A DNA stretch of 64,000 bases, taken from NCBI GenBank assembly GCA_044224875.1, contig JBGAJQ010000005.1, positions 64,001 through 128,000 on the forward strand, written 5' to 3'. Within the stretch, counting starts at the first letter, position 1; each line of letters opens with the position of its first letter. The position numbers were made by a program, and so were the translations under genes. The DNA comes from Gemmatimonadaceae bacterium. Its GTDB lineage: Bacteria > Gemmatimonadota > Gemmatimonadetes > Gemmatimonadales > Gemmatimonadaceae. Shown in pieces: positions 26,416-37,053 of the stretch. The notes below the pieces were generated by a model. That model was not told the origin of the DNA and ran no database searches. It was given only the letters and a program-made list of their open reading frames with translations.

Positions 26416-28926
26416 ATGGACCGCCGCTCGTTTCTTGTCACCAGCGCCCTAGCCACGACAGCCGGAGCCCTTCGTGTCGACGCTCCGCGCCGGCGCACCG
26501 AAAGCGTAGTCCGGTTGTCGTCGCTGCGCCCACGCCTCGTGAATCAGGGTTGGGGGTCGCTGCTCTACGACGTGAGCGTCGACGGGCGGCCCTTGCAGAT
26601 CGGCGACCGCACCTTTAGTCACGGCGTGAGTACACATGCGCGGAGCGATCTGGTGTACCTGACGGGCGGTCGGTACTCCCACTTTCGCGCGTGGGTGGGG
26701 GTCGATGCCACCAAGCAGCGCACGCCAGATGCAACAGCCGTGTTCCAGGTATTTGTGGACGGCGTACAGCGGTTCGATAGCGGTACCATGTCGCAGGAGA
26801 CGCCCGCCCGGTTGGTGGACCTGGACCTCGGCTCGGCGAACCACCTGCGCCTGATCGTGACCTACACCGGGACCTATTGTGACCATGTGAATTGGGCCGA
26901 CGCCGAATTGGTGCGAAATGATGCGGCAGAGCACGTTCCAGTGACGAGTGGACCGCGGCGTCGGTTGGCAAGTGCGGGACGCGTGTTTGAACTGGAAGGC
27001 TCGCGACTCATCGGATTCACGCATCGAGGAAAGCAGGTCGCGCTGACGGTGTGGGGTGGGCTGATGGCAGGAGCGGTGAACCGAAGCCCGACCGATGGCA
27101 CGGTCAGGTACGATCCCATCGCCGGGGGGGTGTCGTGGGGTTGGGCGTATGCCTCACGAGCATCTGCGTCGTGGACGTCACCGGTCGACACGGTGTTCCA
27201 TTGGCCGAACGCGCGAGCGCACGTGTGGCTGCCATGGGGCCATGGGTGGGAGTGGCAGGATCCGCTCGAGCCGCGCGCGTTCGCGGACAAGACGTACGAG
27301 TACGGCGCGTTCTTCAATCGCGAGGGCGGCCTCTCGCTGCCCATGGCCACCGTGCTGGATCACGAGGCCGGCGTTGGCGTGTCGTTCATTCAGAACCCGG
27401 GCGATGTGCTCATCGACATGCAGGTCACGACCACCGCGGCAGGCGAGATCCGGTTCTCTCGTGCATTTCACCGCTTCGGGGGTGGCGCCGCTCCCGTCAG
27501 GTTCCACGTCGACGTCATCGTCCACGAGCCTGATGTGCGCGCGGCCCTGCGCGCGATTGTGAGCACGTATCCGGCATACTTCAACGCACCGAACCCCTTG
27601 GCTCATGCCGTAGGGGGTGGCGGCGCCTACTCAGGATGGGAAGGCGAGCTACCCACCGAGACGTTGCACGCGATGGGATTCACGATGAACTGGAAAGCAT
27701 CGCTCGACTTTCCGTACATGGGACTCTTCTTGCCACCGGTTGGCGACGACGTCGAGTGGAATCGATTTGCCGGTGGCGGCGACGGTGTCCATGTTGCCAG
27801 TGACGAGGGGCGTTACGGCAAGACGACGATTCGGCACATGAACGAGTACTCCGTCGCGATGAAGCGGAACGGATTCCACGTGCTGAACTACTTCAACGTG
27901 ACCGAGTTCGGGACGAACATCGTGTATCCGCCGCCGGCGCCTAAGACCACGGCGGCCGATCGATGGCGAGATTCCAACGACCTCCTTCACGGCGAGTTGG
28001 AGAACGCGGTCTTGAAGACCCCGAATCCCATCTACACGTGGGGCAAGGGCCTGATCATGGATTGCGGCGAGGCCAACTATCGCGCGCTATTGCTCGATCA
28101 GGCGCGGAAGCACGTGGAGAAGCTGCCGGCGTCAGATGGCATCTGCATCGATCGGATGGATTGGCTCACGCGGTACAACCCGAACGCTGACGACGGGCAT
28201 ACGTGGATCGACGGACCGCAGCGGCATCTCCGCCGATCCTGGATGTCGCTGATGGACGAGCTGGGGCCGATCTTCCACAAGGCCGGAAAGGTGATCTTCG
28301 GCAACGACATGGACCGACGATTGGAGCTGATGACGCAGGTCGACGGGTTCTACGATGAGCACGGGCACTTCCCGTTCAACCTGAACACGAGTGCATTCCT
28401 GGCCCTGCGCAAGCCGCTCGTCTGCTGGACGCCCGACGACGACGCGCTTAGGCCGGACCCCGACCTCTACTTCCAGCGATTGCTGTACCTCGGTGCGTTC
28501 CCGACGATCCCCTACGCCGGCAACGATCACACGCTGGTCCCCAACGCGTTCAACGAACCGTTGTACTTGGCGTACGGTCCGCTGTTCAAGGCGATCATGG
28601 GACGCACGTGGGTCCTGCGTCCTGGAGTGGTTGCGGTTGACGGAGCTGCCAAGGCGAATGTGTTCGACGTACACGGGAGCACGGTGGTGTTCGTGGGACT
28701 CGCTGGCAGGCAAGAGCGCATCGCCATTACCCTGCGCCATCCTGGCACGTCGGGAACGGTTCTCCATCCCGGAACCTCGGCGCGACAGGAGCTCCGGGGC
28801 GCACGAACGGGCTCGACCGTCCGCTGGGACCTGCCGCTGGTTCGCGGTTGTGCGTTGCTGGTGATCCCGCACGCCCAGTCTCATGCGCTCGAGCCGCGCG
28901 ACGCGCTGAACACCACCGAAGGCTAG
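26416..28926 (+). CDS. Tat-exported NPCBM/NEW2-domain protein, putative glycoside hydrolase
   Basis: MDRRSFL Tat motif; NPCBM motifs QGWG..D.SVDG.PL.IG...F.HGVSTHA, VGVD, WADA; central DGICIDR. Confidence 0.85.
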   Translation: MDRRSFLVTSALATTAGALRVDAPRRRTESVVRLSSLRPRLVNQGWGSLLYDVSVDGRPLQIGDRTFSHGVSTHARSDLVYLTGGRYSHFRAWVGVDATKQRTPDATAVFQVFVDGVQRFDSGTMSQETPARLVDLDLGSANHLRLIVTYTGTYCDHVNWADAELVRNDAAEHVPVTSGPRRRLASAGRVFELEGSRLIGFTHRGKQVALTVWGGLMAGAVNRSPTDGTVRYDPIAGGVSWGWAYASRASASWTSPVDTVFHWPNARAHVWLPWGHGWEWQDPLEPRAFADKTYEYGAFFNREGGLSLPMATVLDHEAGVGVSFIQNPGDVLIDMQVTTTAAGEIRFSRAFHRFGGGAAPVRFHVDVIVHEPDVRAALRAIVSTYPAYFNAPNPLAHAVGGGGAYSGWEGELPTETLHAMGFTMNWKASLDFPYMGLFLPPVGDDVEWNRFAGGGDGVHVASDEGRYGKTTIRHMNEYSVAMKRNGFHVLNYFNVTEFGTNIVYPPPAPKTTAADRWRDSNDLLHGELENAVLKTPNPIYTWGKGLIMDCGEANYRALLLDQARKHVEKLPASDGICIDRMDWLTRYNPNADDGHTWIDGPQRHLRRSWMSLMDELGPIFHKAGKVIFGNDMDRRLELMTQVDGFYDEHGHFPFNLNTSAFLALRKPLVCWTPDDDALRPDPDLYFQRLLYLGAFPTIPYAGNDHTLVPNAFNEPLYLAYGPLFKAIMGRTWVLRPGVVAVDGAAKANVFDVHGSTVVFVGLAGRQERIAITLRHPGTSGTVLHPGTSARQELRGARTGSTVRWDLPLVRGCALLVIPHAQSHALEPRDALNTTEG

Positions 28927-28949
28927 CTGTGCGAACCGGCGAGCACGCG

Positions 28950-29663
28950 GTGACCGACTCTGTGCGCCTCTCAGGAGACGCCGTACGGTCCGTCCCGTTG
29001 GTGTCAGCGCGGAGTGAGCGGGGCGCACTTGTGCAGAAGCTGCAACACGTCGTGCCGTCTGTCCTACTCCTCTTTGATGGGCTGCAGCGCTTCACCGCCG
29101 CAGAGGGGCAGACTGTTGGATCGATGTCTCTGGCGGCCATTGAAGTCGTAAGCAGTGCCTTGGTCATCGTCGGCTTCATTCGATCGGTGCGGCGACTTCG
29201 GCCGGGCATGCAGGCGACGGAACACTCGCCGCACGGCGTCGACTGGGTTGACGTGTTCCTTGGCGCGACGCTGTTGGCCGAGGCGCTCGTGCATCGGCAG
29301 GAGACGGGGCACCTGCCGCGCCCAACGTTGCTGCTGGCGGTCGCGCTCGCGACCATCGGTGTGCTCCACGGGCGAATCGCGGGTTGGGGGCGGCGTCGCA
29401 GGGAACTGCGGCTCAGTGCCGACGGCATCAGCATCTGGCAACGATGGCACGGCCGACTCCATGCCGCATGGTCGGAGATATCGAACATTGCGCTCTTGGG
29501 AGACGAGGCGCTCGTGACCACGCAGCAGGCAGGATCTCGCAGGATCAATCTGCGCGACCTGAGGAACCGCGCCGAGGTCGAACAGTTGCTGGAGGAGGCG
29601 CTCGCGCGGCTCGAGGCGTTTCGCCTAGCTGAACGCGAAACGTCACGCCCACTCGGACGTTAG
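28950..29663 (+). CDS. Hypothetical membrane protein
   Basis: About 4 TM segments plus a small C-terminal soluble domain; start uncertain. Confidence 0.7.
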   Translation: MTDSVRLSGDAVRSVPLVSARSERGALVQKLQHVVPSVLLLFDGLQRFTAAEGQTVGSMSLAAIEVVSSALVIVGFIRSVRRLRPGMQATEHSPHGVDWVDVFLGATLLAEALVHRQETGHLPRPTLLLAVALATIGVLHGRIAGWGRRRRELRLSADGISIWQRWHGRLHAAWSEISNIALLGDEALVTTQQAGSRRINLRDLRNRAEVEQLLEEALARLEAFRLAERETSRPLGR

Positions 29664-29697
29664 GCGGTACTCGCTACCCGCAGGCTGGAGGCAATCT

Positions 29698-30405
29698 CTG
29701 CGCAAACGTTCATGGTTCTTTAGTGGCATGGGCACCGTGGCGCTCTTCGCGGTTGTCGTTGGATTCGGCCGCACCTACGCGGCGCCCATGGTGCGCGGCA
29801 CCTTCACTGGGCCCAGAATCCTACACGTCCACGGTGCGTTGGCCTTCTCGTGGGTGGTGCTGTTCTGCATCCAGCCGCTCCTTGTACGGTGGCGCAAGAC
29901 TCGACTTCACCGGCGCCTAGGCCTTATCGGTTTGCCCCTGGCACTGGGCGTGGCCATCACCATGGTTCCCGCCGGCGTATTTCAAGTGACCCGTGATTCC
30001 GCGACCGGGGGGCCCGCGGCGATCTCGGCACTGCTCGGCGTGGTCACGTCCGGCGCCCTCTTCCTCGTCTTGGTCAGTGCAGGCATTATCGCGCGCCACG
30101 ATCGCGAGTCCCATTCCCGGTGGCTACTCCTTGCAACACTCGTGGTGATTTGGCCGGCGTGGTTCCGATTTCGCCACTGGTTTCCGTCCGTTCCACGTCC
30201 CGATGTGTGGTTCGGCGTCGTCCTGGCGTTTGCCTGGATCGTCATCGCCATGCTGCGAGACTGGAGGACTCGGGGAAACGTGCACCCAGTGCTCGCGTTC
30301 GGGGGCACGGCCGTTATCATCGAGCAGTCACTCGAGTTGCTGGCGTTCGACACACCGTGGTGGCGAGCGGCGGCGCATCTGCTCTACGGCTGGATTCACA
30401 GCTGA
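29698..30405 (+). CDS. Hypothetical integral membrane protein (DUF2306-like)
   Basis: LHVHG..W..LF..Q..L......LHRRLG and H.RWLL.AT; GGAGG then CTG 29698 (alternative ATG 29728). Confidence 0.8.
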   Translation: MRKRSWFFSGMGTVALFAVVVGFGRTYAAPMVRGTFTGPRILHVHGALAFSWVVLFCIQPLLVRWRKTRLHRRLGLIGLPLALGVAITMVPAGVFQVTRDSATGGPAAISALLGVVTSGALFLVLVSAGIIARHDRESHSRWLLLATLVVIWPAWFRFRHWFPSVPRPDVWFGVVLAFAWIVIAMLRDWRTRGNVHPVLAFGGTAVIIEQSLELLAFDTPWWRAAAHLLYGWIHS

Positions 30406-30583
30406 CCAATCAGGGCGTGTTCGCGCAAGCTGCTCCATGTGGTAGCCGAACACGGAGCGCATGGGAAGGCTGGTGAGGTAACCAGCGTGGTAGCGCCCGA
30501 TTGGCCTTAGGCACCACGATCGCCCCAAGATCGGCGACACGACAATAGTCGCTTCCTGAGCCGGGAGTTACAATCAAGATCCC

Positions 30584-32107
30584 ATGGGTACCGATCCTCG
30601 CTTATCAGAGGCACGCCGAGCAATCGATACGGGCGACTGGCAGAGTGCCGTGGGCCTGTACGAAACCATGACCCGGGAGACGAACGCCCCGGAGGCCTGG
30701 GCTGGCCTCGCCGAAGCGGCGTGGCTGCAGCAGGACTCGCGCCTCATGATCGACGCGCGCCTGAACGCCTACCGCCTCTATCGCGAACAAGGCGACGACG
30801 TTGCGGCTGCCCGAATGGCGATCGCGCTCGGCAATGACTTCCTCGACTTTCGAGGCGACGCGGCGGTATCCAACGGCTGGTTCAAGTACGCACGGCGTCT
30901 CCTGAAACCCCTTCCTCCGTCAGCCGATCACGCCCGGCTGGAGGTGTGGGAAGCGCGCTTGGCGCTGATCGGTCGTCAGGACACGGCCGAGGGGGCGCGA
31001 CTGGCGGACGAGGCATTGCGACTGGCCCGCGAGATCGGTTGCCCAGACGTCGAGGTGCTGGCGACCGCCATGAGCGGGCTCGCACTCGTCATGAACGGAC
31101 AACCGGATCGAGGGCTCGCGCTGTTGGACGAGGCGGCCGCGGCAGCGTTAGGCGGTGACATCTCCGATCCGTACGCGGCGGGGCTCACCTGTTGCTACCT
31201 CATCAGCGCCTGCGATCGCGTACGCGACTACGACCGTGCGGCGCAGTGGTGCGCGCGCTTGCGAGAGTTTTCCACGCGGCAGCGCTTTGCCATTCTCATG
31301 ACGACGTGCCGGCTCCAGTACGGCAGTGTGCTCATTTCGCGGGGCGAATGGGCAGAGGCCGAGACGGAGCTACTGGCGGCGATCGCCGACCTGCGCGCCG
31401 CGCGTCCCATCGTGCTCCCGGCCGCCTACGCGCGACTGGGCGAGCTGCGCCGGCGTCAGGGCCGAGTCGACGAAGCGGTGCAGCTGTTTGAGCAGGCGGG
31501 CAGTCATCCGCTCGCGCTCCTCGGCGGCGCGTGGGTGGATGTTGAACAAGGCAATCTGGTGCGCGCGCTGGAGCGCGCGCGTGCGTACCTGCGTCGCTTT
31601 CCCGCGGATGCGCTACTGGAGCGTGCATCGGCGAACGAGTTGCTCATTCGCATTGCCGCGCAATCCGGGAAGCCGGCCGACGCCGAGATACCGCTCGGAG
31701 AGCTCGAGCAAGCACTCGCGAAGTATGACCTTCCGCTCCTTCGTGCCGCGCTGCTTACCGCTGAGGCAACGCTCGCCACATCCAAGGGCGACGAGTCACG
31801 TGCTGCCGAATTGATGGAAGATGCGGCAGCGATCTACGATCACGCGGGCTTAGTACACGAAGCTGAGACGGCGCGTCGCGAAATGCAGAAGGCGAAAGGC
31901 ACTGGCGGGCCGAGCGCACCCCTGACGCAGCGCGAGATGGAAGTGTTGGTCCTGGTGGCGAAGGGGATGAGCGAGCGCGAGGTCGCGGACAAGCTGTACA
32001 TCAGCCCGCATACGGCGCACCGACATCTCTCCAACATCCGCTTTAAGCTGAATGCGTCGACGCAGGCGGCCGCTGTCGCGCAGGCGGTGCGCATAGGGCT
32101 CATCTAG
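30584..32107 (+). CDS. TPR-containing LuxR-family (MalT-like) transcriptional regulator
   Basis: C-terminal LTQREMEVL.LVAKG.SEREVADKLYISPHTAHRHLSNI HTH; helical repeats. Confidence 0.92.
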   Translation: MGTDPRLSEARRAIDTGDWQSAVGLYETMTRETNAPEAWAGLAEAAWLQQDSRLMIDARLNAYRLYREQGDDVAAARMAIALGNDFLDFRGDAAVSNGWFKYARRLLKPLPPSADHARLEVWEARLALIGRQDTAEGARLADEALRLAREIGCPDVEVLATAMSGLALVMNGQPDRGLALLDEAAAAALGGDISDPYAAGLTCCYLISACDRVRDYDRAAQWCARLREFSTRQRFAILMTTCRLQYGSVLISRGEWAEAETELLAAIADLRAARPIVLPAAYARLGELRRRQGRVDEAVQLFEQAGSHPLALLGGAWVDVEQGNLVRALERARAYLRRFPADALLERASANELLIRIAAQSGKPADAEIPLGELEQALAKYDLPLLRAALLTAEATLATSKGDESRAAELMEDAAAIYDHAGLVHEAETARREMQKAKGTGGPSAPLTQREMEVLVLVAKGMSEREVADKLYISPHTAHRHLSNIRFKLNASTQAAAVAQAVRIGLI

Positions 32108-32274
32108 CGCACCGACTCGATGCGCACCTTCGATGTGCGATCGCTTGCTTCGTCGCATGCGTCGGGGAGAGACCGCTGGCGAAATGCTGACTTCCCCTAT
32201 GGAGTCGGGCGCGCGTTTGAGCTACCTCTCGCAGAGCCGAAGGACTGAAGGCCGTCACTCTCGAGGAGGCGGGT

Positions 32275-32925
32275 ATGAATACGCGTGTGCTCGTTGTTCT
32301 TGCCGGATTCGTCGTACTCGGCTGCGGTGAAAAGGCGCAGGAAGTGAAGAATGCGGCGAATGCGGTGGAAGCCGTCGCGACGGCATCAAACCGAATGGAG
32401 AGCAGCCAGGCCGAAGCCGCGAAGTTTCAACAGGAACGTCGTAGTCGTGGTGACACGGTGGCGATGTCCTATCAAGAGCTGCAGAAGTACCTGCCGTCGG
32501 CCCCAGACGGTTACAGCGCAGCCGAAGAACCTGGCGGTTCCAGTCAGAGCATGACCGGCTTTTCAGTGTCCCAGGCTGAACAGACGTTCACGATGCCGTC
32601 GTCCCCGGAGGGAACCACTCCGAGCGTGCATGTGACGCTGGTCGATTTTGGAGGCACGGAAGGAGCATACGCGATTGTGGCGATGCCCATGCTGATGAAC
32701 CTGAGCCAAGAGGATGCTCACCAGCGGATGAAGACGCTGAAGATGGACACGCCGGCCACCTGGGGTTCGGAAGAATTCAACAAGGACAGTAAGGACTCAA
32801 AGGTCACGGCCGTTGCACGCTACAGGTACATGATCACGCTGGAGGCGCGCAACCAAGCCGCCGACGAGACGGCGATGCTGAAGCGCATGGCGGAGGACAT
32901 CGCGAGGAAGTTTGACGGGAAGTAA
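32275..32925 (+). CDS. Hypothetical lipoprotein
   Basis: GAGGAGG RBS; lipobox VLGC. Confidence 0.8.
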   Translation: MNTRVLVVLAGFVVLGCGEKAQEVKNAANAVEAVATASNRMESSQAEAAKFQQERRSRGDTVAMSYQELQKYLPSAPDGYSAAEEPGGSSQSMTGFSVSQAEQTFTMPSSPEGTTPSVHVTLVDFGGTEGAYAIVAMPMLMNLSQEDAHQRMKTLKMDTPATWGSEEFNKDSKDSKVTAVARYRYMITLEARNQAADETAMLKRMAEDIARKFDGK

Positions 32926-32956
32926 GTTGAGCGTGTCTCGGCATAGGTGAGGACGG

Positions 32957-35476
32957 GTGGTGCGATTTGTTGGAGTCGCTTGGCTGGCGTGCGCAATGGG
33001 AATGTGCAGCGGGACCCTGGCGGCCCAGCAGCGCGAGCGTCCAGATACAACCGATCGACGAAGCCCTGCGATTCGTTGGGAGTCGCAGGGCGCAGACGAG
33101 GTGATTGTCGTCGACGGCGAACGTCTCCGACAGTCGGGCGCACGGTCGCTCGGCGAGGCCTTGGCCGGCAAGGTTCCGGGGCTCGAGGTATTTCAGGGGA
33201 GCGGCTTCGCTTCCATGGCGCAGCTTCGATTGCGCGGTTCCGGTACCCTTGTAGGCGCAGACGCACCGCTGGTGCTCGTGGACGACGTGCCCTTGCGGCT
33301 GAACGCGAGCGTTGGGTCGCGCATTGCACCGATCCTGTTTGCCGACCTGCCTCTCACCGCGATCGATCGCGTCGAAATCGTGCGTGGCGCGGTCGCTGCG
33401 GCGCAGTATGGACCAAAGGCGTACAGCGGAGTCATTCGCATTGTGACGCGACAGCCCCCGCGTGAGGGTCTGTCCGTCAGCTTCACGCAGCGCGTGGGCC
33501 TGCGAGCTGCGGCCTCCTTGCCGGATGTGCGCCTGGTGCCGCGCGATGAGGCGTTGACACAACCCTTGTTCCTCGTGAACCTCACGCCGGCGCAGCGACA
33601 GGCCGCTTGGGACTCCTGCAAGGGGCGCTGCGGGACGTTGGACGAGATCTTCGGTGGGAGTCGTCCCATGGTCGAGACGGATGCCAGCGCTCGCGGACGA
33701 GCCGGAGGTACGGCGTGGTCGATTGACCTGACGGGGCGCCGCGAGGGTGGGCCAGCCCGACGCGGGAATGAGAATTACGTCGGGGGTCGCGCGGGGCTCG
33801 ACCACAAGTGGAAGGATCGTCTGGCGATTCGGGTGAACCAGCTGGTCTCACGGACGGCTGACGCACAGCCACTCTCCACGTTTGACCTGCTCACGCTCTT
33901 CGCTCGACCTGATTGGCTGAACTTGCGTGGCGTTCCCGGCGCATTTCTCGCGACCGACGTCCCGATGAACCCGTTGGTCGCGGTCGATTCCAATCAATCC
34001 AGGCGAGCCCTCTGGCAGTACTTCACCACGGCCTCCGGCACCTTCCAGCTCGCGACCTTCGGCAGAAACACGTTGGCCCTGCAGCTGGCCGGTGGGCTCC
34101 ACCGGGCCGTTAGGGCCGACACCTCCGATGCCGTCACCGGCGGCTCCAACGGGAGTGACACTCGCGTCCTCTTTGCCCAACGCGAGGCGTCCCGAGAGTC
34201 CTTTGTGTCAGCGCGCATCGGCCTCACGACGGTGCGCGGATCGGCCGTTGGCTCGACCCACATCGGTGCGGAACGAAGTGGAACAGTGGTTGAGGTGGGC
34301 ACCAATGAAACTGGCATCCGCGGCGAAACCACCGGCCGCGCGATCGTCGCCGACCAGACGTGGGACTTGGGCGGGGGACGCGCAGTCCTTGCCGCCAACG
34401 TTCGCCGGGAGCAACCAGGCGGAATCGCTTTCGGCTTGGATGCCCAATGGTCCTGGCGCGCAGCGGGTGCCTATCGATGGACGGTGCGTGGGGGAAAGCT
34501 TCGCGCATGGGGAAGCGTCGGGCAGGCGCAGGCGTCACCGTTGGCCGAGCCGGCGATGGTCCCCTTGTCGCTGCTCCTCACGCCACCCACCGGCGTCCGC
34601 GCCACTGACGATCGCGCGTCGCCGGAGAGTCGACTTGAGTTTGAGGGCGGAGTACGCTTCGACGACGCCAAGGATCGGGTCAGCGTCTACGCGTCTGGGT
34701 TCGCGAGCACAACGCGCGACATGTTCGTGCCGGGAGGAGCATCTGCCGGTGGGTTCTCGTTTGCGACCTTGGGGCGAGGACAGATCCGGACGCGAGGGTT
34801 CGAGCTGGCGCTGCGCACCACGACGAATGTGTCACCGTCCCTCACTTGGAGTGCCACGACATCAGCATGGCGCGCTCGCAGTACCATCGTGTCGGTGGAT
34901 GGCGTGTTTCCCGGTGGCACGAGCTTGCGCATCGGTGGATACCATTGGGATCCTGGGACGTCGCTGACCAGGATCGCCCAGATAGATCCTCAGGACAGCG
35001 TCGTCACCGTCGGTGACGCTGCGCCTGTCGTTTCGCTGTCGACGGTGCAGGAATTGAGCTGGCATCGCCTGCACCTGAGCGCTCAGGTGGACGGTGCCCT
35101 TGGCGTGGACGTCGTCAACGAGACGCAGTACGGTCGCGACACCTACGCGCTCTCTCCTGACCAAGCCGATGGCGGCCGCGCCAGGAGCGTGCTGGGGAGG
35201 TCCGGTGTTCCTGTGTACGTGCAAGACGGCGGGTACATGCGGTGGCGTGAGCTGGTGCTCGGCTGGGACCTGACCGGCCATCGCGCGGCTCCCCATGCTG
35301 GCGTTGGTGCGCGGATCGAGGTGGTGGCCCGGAACCTGGCAACGTGGTCACCGTTGCGTCTGGCGGACCCGGCCGCGCGCGAGTGGTCGCTGCCATCTGA
35401 TATCGAGCGGATGACCGTAAGCCCTGGGTATCCCCTGCAGCGGTCGATCTCTGTTGGACTCGTCCTCGCGCGCTAA
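32957..35476 (+). CDS. TonB-dependent receptor, SusC/RagA-like (divergent)
   Basis: Plug motifs LRLRG, PLVLVD.V, IDRVEIVRG..AAA.YG..A.SGVI.I.T; C-terminal VQDGGY.R.RE and YP..RS. Confidence 0.85.
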   Translation: MVRFVGVAWLACAMGMCSGTLAAQQRERPDTTDRRSPAIRWESQGADEVIVVDGERLRQSGARSLGEALAGKVPGLEVFQGSGFASMAQLRLRGSGTLVGADAPLVLVDDVPLRLNASVGSRIAPILFADLPLTAIDRVEIVRGAVAAAQYGPKAYSGVIRIVTRQPPREGLSVSFTQRVGLRAAASLPDVRLVPRDEALTQPLFLVNLTPAQRQAAWDSCKGRCGTLDEIFGGSRPMVETDASARGRAGGTAWSIDLTGRREGGPARRGNENYVGGRAGLDHKWKDRLAIRVNQLVSRTADAQPLSTFDLLTLFARPDWLNLRGVPGAFLATDVPMNPLVAVDSNQSRRALWQYFTTASGTFQLATFGRNTLALQLAGGLHRAVRADTSDAVTGGSNGSDTRVLFAQREASRESFVSARIGLTTVRGSAVGSTHIGAERSGTVVEVGTNETGIRGETTGRAIVADQTWDLGGGRAVLAANVRREQPGGIAFGLDAQWSWRAAGAYRWTVRGGKLRAWGSVGQAQASPLAEPAMVPLSLLLTPPTGVRATDDRASPESRLEFEGGVRFDDAKDRVSVYASGFASTTRDMFVPGGASAGGFSFATLGRGQIRTRGFELALRTTTNVSPSLTWSATTSAWRARSTIVSVDGVFPGGTSLRIGGYHWDPGTSLTRIAQIDPQDSVVTVGDAAPVVSLSTVQELSWHRLHLSAQVDGALGVDVVNETQYGRDTYALSPDQADGGRARSVLGRSGVPVYVQDGGYMRWRELVLGWDLTGHRAAPHAGVGARIEVVARNLATWSPLRLADPAAREWSLPSDIERMTVSPGYPLQRSISVGLVLAR

Positions 35477-35611
35477 GCCGCTCACTCTGGCCCGGCTCGT
35501 CGCCGACCACGAAACCTGCCCCGTGGAACGACGCTTCCAACGAGGAAGCGAGGGAGGCGATTGATCGAGAGCGGATCGCAACCTCATCATGCCGCGAATC
35601 GTCTCTAATGT

Positions 35612-36571
35612 ATGCCTTCCGTTCCACGCAAGACCATCTTGGCGTACGCCGCCGGCCTTCTTCTCGTCGCCTGCCATCCCGACGACCGTATGCCAGCCAA
35701 CTTTGGCAGGATATCGCTAGGCAAGAAGAACGGATGCCCCAACGTGCTTGGGCGTTTCGCGCGCACGTCGGAGCCGATCGCCCATATGATGGCGGGACGC
35801 TTCCTGCCCTACGACAGCACGCACGCAGCCTGGGAATGGTTTGAGCTCACGGGCTCACCCGACTCGGCGATGCAGGTGACGGTACAACGCGTTGACGGGT
35901 CGGTGGCCAAGGGTACGATGCGGAAGGAAGGGGAGCGCGCCGGTGACTACCAGTGCGCGGATGGTTGGATCGTCCTTCGCGACCGCGACCTACCGAATAC
36001 ATGGGACAGCGACGTGTTGGAGCCGGACGAGCATCCACGCCGTCGCGCCATGCGCGTCGCGTCCACAACAACGGGCGACCTCGTCGCCCGACTCGACATG
36101 ATCGACTTTGACGAGTTCACGGTGTGGTGTGGCGATGGCTGCAAAGGCATTCCACTCCCGTGGACGTTCACACGCCGATCAGGGTGGAGCACGGCGCGTC
36201 AGTATGATTCCAGCGAGGCTCATCCAACGGGCACGACTCCCGACCGTCAGCAACAAGTACCAGCCGACCGGCTGGGGAGGGAAGAGCAGGAACTGGAGAA
36301 CGGACCGCCCATTCCCGGACTCGAAACGGTGCGTCGCCGAGCAATGGCTGCGCTGCCCCCCGGAGTAACGCTGCGTAGCGTGGGTCAACGGGAGCAGGGG
36401 TGGCATGTCAGCGTCGAGTTCGCGGAACTCTCACAGCTCGAACACTTCATGGTGCAGTTGGAGCAGAGTGGGAACGTATCGGAGATTCACGTCGCACCGT
36501 TGTATCGCGGGAAGCGGCCGGACGGCCGCTGGGCCGACGTTGTGTACGTAAGGTTCCGCGACGTTCCCTGA
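35612..36571 (+). CDS. Hypothetical lipoprotein
   Basis: Lipobox LVAC; Cys-containing extracellular region (WCGDGCKG). Confidence 0.75.
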   Translation: MPSVPRKTILAYAAGLLLVACHPDDRMPANFGRISLGKKNGCPNVLGRFARTSEPIAHMMAGRFLPYDSTHAAWEWFELTGSPDSAMQVTVQRVDGSVAKGTMRKEGERAGDYQCADGWIVLRDRDLPNTWDSDVLEPDEHPRRRAMRVASTTTGDLVARLDMIDFDEFTVWCGDGCKGIPLPWTFTRRSGWSTARQYDSSEAHPTGTTPDRQQQVPADRLGREEQELENGPPIPGLETVRRRAMAALPPGVTLRSVGQREQGWHVSVEFAELSQLEHFMVQLEQSGNVSEIHVAPLYRGKRPDGRWADVVYVRFRDVP

Positions 36572-37053
36572 CCGGGGAGCCCACTGCGACACGCGATCCC
36601 GCCCTGCGCGCTCTTGCGTGGTGGTGCGCGAAGGCCGGCGATCAGACAGCCGGCCTGCGCGTTCGGGTTCACCACGATGTAGTTCGCTGGAATGGGCTGA
36701 GCGCCGGCCGCGATATCGTTCGGATCGGAGGAGTAGTCGAACTCGACCTGATCGAGCACGGCCTGCTTGGTCGGGTGCGTGATCGTCGAACCGCCAGAAC
36801 GCACGCCCGAGCGGAACAGTCCGTTCAGCGGCGTCAGGTTATTGCCATCGACCGAGATCTTCGAGCTACGACCAATACGGAGCTCACAACGAAGACGCAT
36901 CGTGGCGTTGATGCTGGCGGAGCCATCTCCGCTCGATGTGGCAAAGAGGTCAGTGGGCGTGGCGGGCGCGACGACGCGATCACTGGCGGAGCAGGCCATG
37001 AGGGCCATGGTGGCGACGAGCGCAGCGACGGACGAGCGTGAACGTGAGGACAT
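36487..37053 (-). CDS. Hypothetical lipoprotein, native 3' end probably lost
   Basis: AGGAG RBS; lipobox LMAC; protein-like to about NPNA, then a read-through tail overlapping the convergent gene by 85 bp. Confidence 0.65.
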   Translation of the reverse strand: MSSRSRSSVAALVATMALMACSASDRVVAPATPTDLFATSSGDGSASINATMRLRCELRIGRSSKISVDGNNLTPLNGLFRSGVRSGGSTITHPTKQAVLDQVEFDYSSDPNDIAAGAQPIPANYIVVNPNAQAGCLIAGLRAPPRKSAQGGIACRSGLPGQGTSRNLTYTTSAQRPSGRFPRYNGAT

